Part shown: positions 59,063-64,000 of the stretch, one piece after another
How positions within the stretch are numbered: position 1 is the stretch's first letter
How the letters are laid out: each line of letters opens with the position of its first letter
NCBI GenBank assembly: GCA_963738685.1
Contig: CAVTXK010000002.1
Span: 1,042,602-1,106,601 of the forward strand
Source of the DNA: an uncultured Chloroflexia bacterium
GTDB lineage: Bacteria; Chloroflexota; Limnocylindria; Limnocylindrales; CSP1-4
Reading direction: 5' to 3'
DNA length: 64,000 bases
Notes under the pieces: model-generated
Databases searched by the model: none
Seen by the model: only the letters and a program-made list of their open reading frames with translations
What the model was told of the DNA's origin: nothing
Position numbers and translations under genes: made by a program

Positions 59063-60556
59063 TCAGCTCTCGGTCTCGGGATCGCGGGCGGACACGGTCA
59101 GCTCGCCATCGGCCTCGGCGGTCACGCGGGCGGAGAAGCCCAGGAAGCGTCGCGATGACGTCCTTCATGGACACGTCCGGGGCGTGGCCGACCGCGAAGA
59201 TGAACTCTCCGTCGGGGCCGGACGAGACGCCGACCGACTGGATGCCGGAGACGCGGGACAGGTGGCGCTTGAACCCGGCGATGCTGGCGACGCTGACCAG
59301 GCCGGTCACGATGAGCTTCGTCGACGCGGACTCGGTCGTGCCCTCGGAGTCGGGGACGAGGCCGGCGAGCCGCGCGGCGAGGGCCTCATCGGCGATGACC
59401 GCGATCTCCTCGGCCGGGGTCTCGTCCGCGCTGAACGCGGCGGCCTCGGCCTCGGCGGCGGCGAAGTCCGGGGCCAGGCCAAGGGCATCCAGCCGCGGAT
59501 CGGCCTCGTCGGCCGGGGCGTCGACCCCGATGCTGAAGAGGTCGCCACCGGCCTCATCCTCGGTGGACGGGGCGTCGTCGGGGGAGGCGTCCTCGGCGAC
59601 CGCCTGGGTCTCGGCGTCGGCTTCCGCCTCGACCGTGGCCTGGGCCTCGGCCTCGACGTGGCTTCCGCCTCGACCGTGGCCTCGGGGGCGTCCGTGTATT
59701 CGACGGGGGCGTCGACGGTGGCTTCGGTCTCCGGCCACGGCTCGACCACGACGCTACGCTCGGCCGGCAGGTCGGGCGTGTCGCCGATCAGGCCGACGGC
59801 CTCGTCGGCTCGTCGCCGTCGAAGCCGGGCGGCTCCGGAAGGCTCTCGGCCATCGACGCGAAGCGGGTCGGATCCTCCTCGGCGAGCAGGCGCTCGAAGA
59901 AGGCGGCCATCTCCGCCTCGAAGGCATCGACCCGGGCCTGGACCTGGGCGACGCGCGGCGTCGATGCTGGCGGTATTCGCCTCGATCTCGCGCTCGAGCC
60001 GCGACTTGCGATGCACGATGCGCTCGTCGGTCTCTTCGCGGATGCGCGCGATCTCGGCCTTGGACCACTCGCGGACCGCCGCGACATCGTCGTCGGCCTG
60101 CTTGCGCAGGTCGGTCGCCTCGTTGGCGGTCGCGGCGTGGATGTGCTCGATGTGGGTCTTGGCGTCCGCGCTGAAGCGGGCCAGGGTGTCGGTGCGGGCG
60201 CTCTCGGCCGCGACCTGCATGGCCTTCGTGAGATCGGCCATGAACTTGTTCTGCTTGCGTACCGGCGCGGGGGCGGGGGCCGGCTCGCTGATCTGGGGGG
60301 ACTCCGACACGGGCTCCGCGGCGACCGACAGGTCGTCGCCAGCAGCCGTGGTGTCGTTGGCGGCGGGCGCGGTGTCGATCATGGCGGGCGTCTCGGTCTC
60401 CTCGTCGTGGTGGGTGCCGTTGCGCTCAGCGGCATCGAGGGTCTCGGACTCGCCGGTCGGCGCCTCGCCGGCGGGCGCGTCGGTAGCGTTCCCGTTCTCG
60501 CTCCGGTCCGGGCTCCACGGGAGCCGGAAGCCGGGCTTGGCGTCGGTCGTGGCCAT
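59063..60556 (-). pseudogene. acidic coiled-coil protein with a C-terminal globular domain, about 4 frame switches
   Basis: ATG at 60556 gives MATTDAKPGFRLPWSP.., then the coiled coil KFMADLTKAMQVAAESARTD..EIARIREETDERIVHRKSRLEREIEANTASIDAA / VAQVQARVDAFEAEMAAFFERLL.. / ADEAVGLIGDTPDLP.. / ..TVEAEADAETQAV..KLIVTGLVSVASIAGFKRHLSRVSGIQSV..FIFAVGH.. / FLGFSARVTAEADGELTVSARDPETES*. Switches lie near 59953, 59810, 59660 and 59150. Confidence 0.6.
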
Positions 60557-60728
60557 GCGTTGGGATCCTCGGTGACGTAGGGTTGCGCTCCAGGGCGTGT
60601 CGGTATGGTGCCAGCGGTGTCTGGTGTGGTGGAGTCCGCTAGAGGTACCAGTGGATAACGCCGGTCGTACCGTCGGGTCGGTGGCGTTGTGAGGCTGCAA
60701 CGGTCCCGACGAGTACGATAGGCGGGCC

Positions 60729-61748
60729 ATGACCCCCCTCGATCGGCTCGGCCGGCCGCTCCACGACCTGCGCATCTCGGTCACGGATCGGTGCAACTTC
60801 CGCTGCACGTACTGCATGCCGAAGGAGATCTTCGGACGCGACTACGCGTTCCTGCCGAAGGACCAGGTGCTCTCGTTCGAGGAGATCGAGCGGGCGGCCC
60901 GGGCGTTCGTGGCGCTCGGGGTCGAGAAGCTGCGGATCACCGGCGGCGAGCCGCTGGTTCGGCGGGACCTGCCGCATCTCGTGGCCATGCTCGCGGCGCT
61001 GCGGACCCCGGACGGCGGCGAGCTGGACTTGACGCTCACGACGAACGGCGCGGCTCTGCGCGCGTTGGCCCGGCCGCTCGCGGATGCGGGGCTCCGGCGG
61101 GTGACCGTGAGTCTCGATTCGCTCGACGACGCCGTGTTCGGGGCGATGAACGGCGTGGACTTCCCGGTCGCCCGGGTGCTCGATGGCGTCGACGCCGCGC
61201 TCGAGGCGGGCCTGACGCCGGTCAAGGTCAACATGGTCGTGCGACGCGGTGTCAACGAGGCGTCGATCGTGCCGATGGCCCGCTGGGCGCGCGAGACCGG
61301 GGTGACGCTCCGGTTCATCGAGTACATGGACGTGGGGCACTCCAACGGCTGGCGGCTCGATGAGGTCGTCCCGGCGGATGAGCTGATCGACCTGGTGAGC
61401 GCGGTGTGGCCTGCCGAGCCGGCGGATCCCGAGTATCGCGGCGAGGTCGCGGGTCGTTGGCGCTATCTCGACGGGCTCGGGGAGTTCGGGGTCATCTCGT
61501 CGGTGACCCGGCCGTTCTGTCGCGACTGCACGCGGGCGCGGCTGTCGGCTGACGGGCAGCTGTACACGTGCCTGTTCGCCGTGACGGGTCGCGATGTCCG
61601 GGCGGTGCTCCGTGACGGGTCCACGGACGAGCAGCTGCTGGTGTTCCTCGCGGACACGTGGCGGGCTCGCGACGACCGCTACTCCGAGCTGCGATCCGAT
61701 GCTACCTCCGACCTGCCCAAGGTCGAGATGTTCGCGATGGGCGGCTAG
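60729..61748 (+). CDS. moaA: GTP 3',8-cyclase (molybdenum cofactor biosynthesis protein A)
   Basis: 339 aa. Radical-SAM motif LRISVTDRCNFRCTYCMP, plus ITGGEPL and the C-terminal cluster CRDCTRARLSADGQLYTCLF. Confidence 0.93.
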   Translation: MTPLDRLGRPLHDLRISVTDRCNFRCTYCMPKEIFGRDYAFLPKDQVLSFEEIERAARAFVALGVEKLRITGGEPLVRRDLPHLVAMLAALRTPDGGELDLTLTTNGAALRALARPLADAGLRRVTVSLDSLDDAVFGAMNGVDFPVARVLDGVDAALEAGLTPVKVNMVVRRGVNEASIVPMARWARETGVTLRFIEYMDVGHSNGWRLDEVVPADELIDLVSAVWPAEPADPEYRGEVAGRWRYLDGLGEFGVISSVTRPFCRDCTRARLSADGQLYTCLFAVTGRDVRAVLRDGSTDEQLLVFLADTWRARDDRYSELRSDATSDLPKVEMFAMGG

Positions 61749-61877
61749 GTCCCGACCGCCCGCGTCCCGCGTGCCGCCGCCGCGCCCGCCCGCGTCCCGC
61801 CGGCGTCGCCGGCCCGCGTCGCCGGCCCGCCGCGCCCGCCCGCGTCCCGCGCGCCGCGCGCCCGCCGCCCCGCGGCG
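61749..61877. repeat. GC-rich low-complexity tract with a 50-bp internal repeat
   Basis: cgcgcccgcccgcgtcccgc occurs at 61781-61800 and 61831-61850, with a partial copy near 61754-61770. It fills the gap between the moaA stop and element L6. Confidence 0.7.
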
Positions 61878-62047
61878 GTAACCACCAGGCACACGTTCGC
61901 GACAGATCCCTCGTGAGCGGTCGCCCTGTACGCGATTTCAGGCGATCTGAGCGATGGGTCGTGCACGACCGTGCGGAATGTGTGTCTGGGAGTTACATCG
62001 GTGCCCTGGTCGTGCACGCCTGTGCGGAATGTGTGTCTGGGAGTTAC
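61878..62047 (-). repeat. GTCAC-TIR element copy L6: 119-bp core plus one 51-bp half-unit
   Basis: Core 61878-61996: gtaaccaccaggcacacgttcgcgacagatccctcgtgagc..gggtcgtgcacgaccgtgcggaatgtgtgtctgggagttac. A second gtcgtgcacgcctgtgcggaatgtgtgtctgggagttac ends at 62047. Confidence 0.85.
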
Positions 62048-62070
62048 GCTCGCGTCCCGGCCCAGCGCGT

Positions 62071-62187
62071 CTAGGCCCCGCTAGGCCCCGCCCGGCCCCG
62101 CCCCCGGCCCGGCCCCGGCCGGCGCGTCACGCGCCGGCCCCGCCCCCGGCCCTGGCCCCGGCCTCCGGCCCCCGGCCCGGCCCCGAC
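62071..62187. repeat. GGCCCCG-type simple-sequence tract around a perfect 10-bp palindrome
   Basis: ctaggccccg is repeated twice, followed by C3-C5 runs. GGCCGGCGCG-TCA-CGCGCCGGCC lies at 62117-62139. Confidence 0.7.
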
Positions 62188-62210
62188 CTCTGTTGTGCCT
62201 CGGCCGGCGC

Positions 62211-62287
62211 TCGTCCACAGGGTTATCCACAGGGTTTCCGAACTCGTGGACAGGGCCGATGGGCCGTCGCGCGACTTCGTGGATAAC
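62211..62287. promoter_or_regulatory. cluster of four DnaA-box-like 9-mers
   Basis: TCGTCCACA at 62211-62219, and TTATCCACA at 62223-62231 (perfect E. coli-type consensus). GTGGACAG at 62246-62253 is the reverse complement of CTGTCCAC. GTGGATAA at 62279-62286 is the reverse complement of TTATCCAC. Orientation is two forward, two reverse. Confidence 0.5.
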
Positions 62288-62291
62288 CGCG

Positions 62292-62321
62292 TTGACCCGT
62301 CCGGGCCCGGTTTCCTAACGT
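62292..62321 (+). promoter_or_regulatory. sigma-70-like promoter candidate
   Basis: TTGACC at 62292-62297, an 18-nt spacer, then TAACGT at 62316-62321. It abuts the last DnaA box and lies about 260 nt upstream of the PNP start. Confidence 0.3.
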
Positions 62322-62579
62322 AGGTCTTGCCCGAAGGGGCCGACAGGACCGCAGGAACCGAGATCGCATCAAGGACCTTCGTTTCGCCGTTCGGTCGCTT
62401 CGGGCGCTTCGTTGCCCGTAGCTTCTCGGCCGTCTCACCACGGTCGTGCCGCGGGGTCGCCCGACGGGACGCGATCGGCATCCCGGTGTCGATACTTCCG
62501 TCGGGCGTACGAAGTCCCCTGACCCTCACGCCGGCCGACCGCCGTCCTGTCATGCTGGACGCCACGCTTGGAGGCCTGC

Positions 62580-63455
62580 ATGCCCGACACCGGCACGCCC
62601 GTGGATCCGTCTCGACCTATCCCGCCCGCGGAGCAACCTGCCCGCCTGGCGGCACTCGTCGCCGCGGTCCGGGAGCGCACATCGCTCGTGCCCGAGGTCG
62701 GGATCGTCCTCGGATCCGGGCTGGGCGGCCTCGCCGACGATCTCGAGGATACCGTCGCGATCCCCTTCGACGCGATGCCCGGATGGCCGGCGGCCACCGC
62801 ACCCGGCCACCAGGGTCGCCTGCTGTTGGGTCGACTCGGCGGGCGGGCCGTGGTCATGCTCCAGGGCCGCTTCCACCTGTACGAGGGCAACGATCCGGGT
62901 CTCGTCATCCAGCCGGTGCTGCTGTTCCACGCGCTCGGGGCCAGAGTGGTGGTGTTGACGAACGCGGCCGGCGGTCTCGACCCGTCGTTCGGGCCCGGGA
63001 CCTTGATGGTCATGCGCGATCACATCAACCTGACCGGTCGGTCGCCGCTCATCGGTCCCAACGCCGACGAGCTTGGGCCGCGCTTCCCGGACCTCACCGA
63101 TGCGTGGAGTCCGCGCCTCCGGTCCCGCCTCCACGCGGCCGCCGCGGCCGAGGGTGTCGAGGTGCGGGAGGGCATCTACGTCGGCCTGATCGGTCCGACC
63201 TACGAGACACCGGCCGAGGTCCGGATGCTGGCCGGACTGGGCGGCGACGCGGTCGGCATGTCGACCGTGCTGGAGTGCATCGCCGCGCGCTGGGTCGGTC
63301 TCGAGGTCTGCGGCATCTCGCTCGTGACGAACGCCGGGGCCGGCTATACCGGTGAGCCGCTGACGCACGAGGAGGTCCTCGAATCCGGTGCCGAGGCCGG
63401 TCCGCGGCTGGCCCGGGTCATCCGGCGCTTCCTCGCTGACCTCACCACGGCGTGA
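62580..63455 (+). CDS. punA: purine nucleoside phosphorylase (trimeric PNP family)
   Basis: ATG at 62580; the track ORF starts at TTG 62568. Has GIVLGSGLGGLAD, GHQGRLLLG, LQGRFHLYEG, GPRFPDLTDAW, GPTYETPAEVRML and GADAVGMSTV. Confidence 0.9.
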   Translation: MPDTGTPVDPSRPIPPAEQPARLAALVAAVRERTSLVPEVGIVLGSGLGGLADDLEDTVAIPFDAMPGWPAATAPGHQGRLLLGRLGGRAVVMLQGRFHLYEGNDPGLVIQPVLLFHALGARVVVLTNAAGGLDPSFGPGTLMVMRDHINLTGRSPLIGPNADELGPRFPDLTDAWSPRLRSRLHAAAAAEGVEVREGIYVGLIGPTYETPAEVRMLAGLGGDAVGMSTVLECIAARWVGLEVCGISLVTNAGAGYTGEPLTHEEVLESGAEAGPRLARVIRRFLADLTTA

Positions 63456-63581
63456 TCGCGGACAGCCCGTGAGACGCGCCGCCGACTCCCGGGTCTGGCT
63501 TGGGCAAGGCGACATCGACTTCGTGCTGTTCTCCGCCAATTCGCTCGAGGCGTTCGACCGGACGCGGGCGGCAACCTGAGC

Positions 63582-64000
63582 GTGGCTGCTCGTTCGTCCG
63601 CTCCGGTGCTCAGCCGGCGTGCCCTCAACCGGACCCTGCTCGGCAGACAGCTGCTGCTGGAGCGGGTCGACCGCCCGGCCGAGGAGGTCATCGAGCACCT
63701 CGTCGGGATGCAGGCCCAGGAGCCGATCGATCCGTACGTCGCCCTGTGGAGCCAGGATCGCGGACTTCGATCCCCTTGAGCTGAGCGCGCTCATCGAGGA
63801 GCGGCGCGCCGTTCGGATCGGGCTCATGCGGACCACCCTCCACCTCGTGACCGCTCGCGACGCCAGGGCACTCTATCCGGTCATGGCGGACGTGCTGCGT
63901 CGCGCCTTTCGGAGCAGCCCGTTCGCCAAGCAGCTCGACGGGGTCGACATGGAGGCCCTGCTCGAGTTGGCACGTACCACGCTCGAGGAGGAGCCGTGCT
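63582..64000 (+). pseudogene. winged-helix YcaQ/DUF1006-like protein, frame switch near 63753, 3' end beyond the window
   Basis: GTG at 63582 gives [47 protein letters not shown]. It continues in another frame as [37 protein letters not shown].. to the window end. Confidence 0.6.

Noticed and set aside
60557-60728. A molybdenum-cofactor (Moco) riboswitch upstream of moaA.
   Set aside because: I could not find the conserved Moco-motif elements as I recall them (the GCCUCCGAGCC-type core and paired stems). The spacer is only 172 nt and is shared with a divergent gene. An Infernal scan would be needed to be sure.
62211-62287. The DnaA-box cluster as the chromosomal origin (oriC).
   Set aside because: There is no dnaA, dnaN, rpmH or parAB nearby, no AT-rich unwinding element, and only four boxes. 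It is kept as a DnaA-binding/regulatory candidate instead. This cannot be settled without the whole replicon and GC skew.
63472-63579. A 36-codon ORF ([36 protein letters not shown]) between the PNP gene and the YcaQ-like gene.
   Set aside because: GC3 is fairly high and the peptide looks protein-like. However, it is short, has no RBS or recognisable domain, and could be a gene fragment. Evidence is insufficient to call it a CDS.
37817-64000. Calling the right-hand region a prophage, integrative element or IS-rich island.
   Set aside because: I found no integrase, transposase, recombinase, phage structural gene or conjugation gene in any frame, and no intact tRNA boundary. Intact core-metabolism genes (acs, moaA, PNP) are interleaved. 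The repeats were therefore typed as 'repeat' rather than 'mobile_element'.

Overview
High-GC (about 70%) bacterial chromosome segment, with codon usage that looks Actinomycetota- or Chloroflexota-like. Real genes have GC3 well above 90%, so most long antisense or overlapping ORFs in the track are GC shadows. All product calls rest on motifs read by eye; no searches were run.

- **0-13 kb (core metabolism):** partial dienelactone hydrolase, lysC with an internal beta-subunit start, birA, and an ECF sigma/anti-sigma pair. Then an E. coli-type acetyl-CoA carboxylase set: fused accD-accA, a BCCP paralog lacking the biotinyl-lysine, and accC. This is followed by fabZ, a metallophosphoesterase, fabF, canonical accB, fabH and fabG.
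- **13-31 kb (cell-envelope glycan locus):** DUF3048 lipoprotein, LCP, priming sugar transferase, NeuB-like synthase, a fused cytidylyltransferase/PseG-like protein, pyruvyl transferase, flippase, an orphan 503-aa protein, a Wzy/O-antigen-ligase-like protein, glycosyltransferases, an acyltransferase and gmd.
- **31-37.8 kb:** two GGDEF cyclases, a 0.6-kb repeat-filled spacer, polX and a membrane protein.
- **37.8-64 kb (different character):** intact housekeeping genes (FAD oxidoreductase, class-III aminotransferase, IclR, MscS, DUF1269, acs, moaA, purine nucleoside phosphorylase) alternate with at least nine genes that together need about 20 reading-frame corrections.
- **Repeat family:** the intergenic spaces of the 37.8-64 kb part carry six copies of a roughly 119-bp element with GTCAC...GTGAC terminal inverted repeats, each extended by 51-bp tandem half-units.
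- **Lead candidate for something new:** one inverted pair of these elements brackets an XRE-HTH/PD-(D/E)xK-like gene, an arrangement reminiscent of REP/RAYT.
- **Other signals:** a four-box DnaA-box cluster next to a promoter-like site upstream of the PNP gene, a PHO-box-like direct repeat upstream of a PhoX-like gene, G-quadruplex-capable C-run tracts, and a second repeat family upstream of polX.
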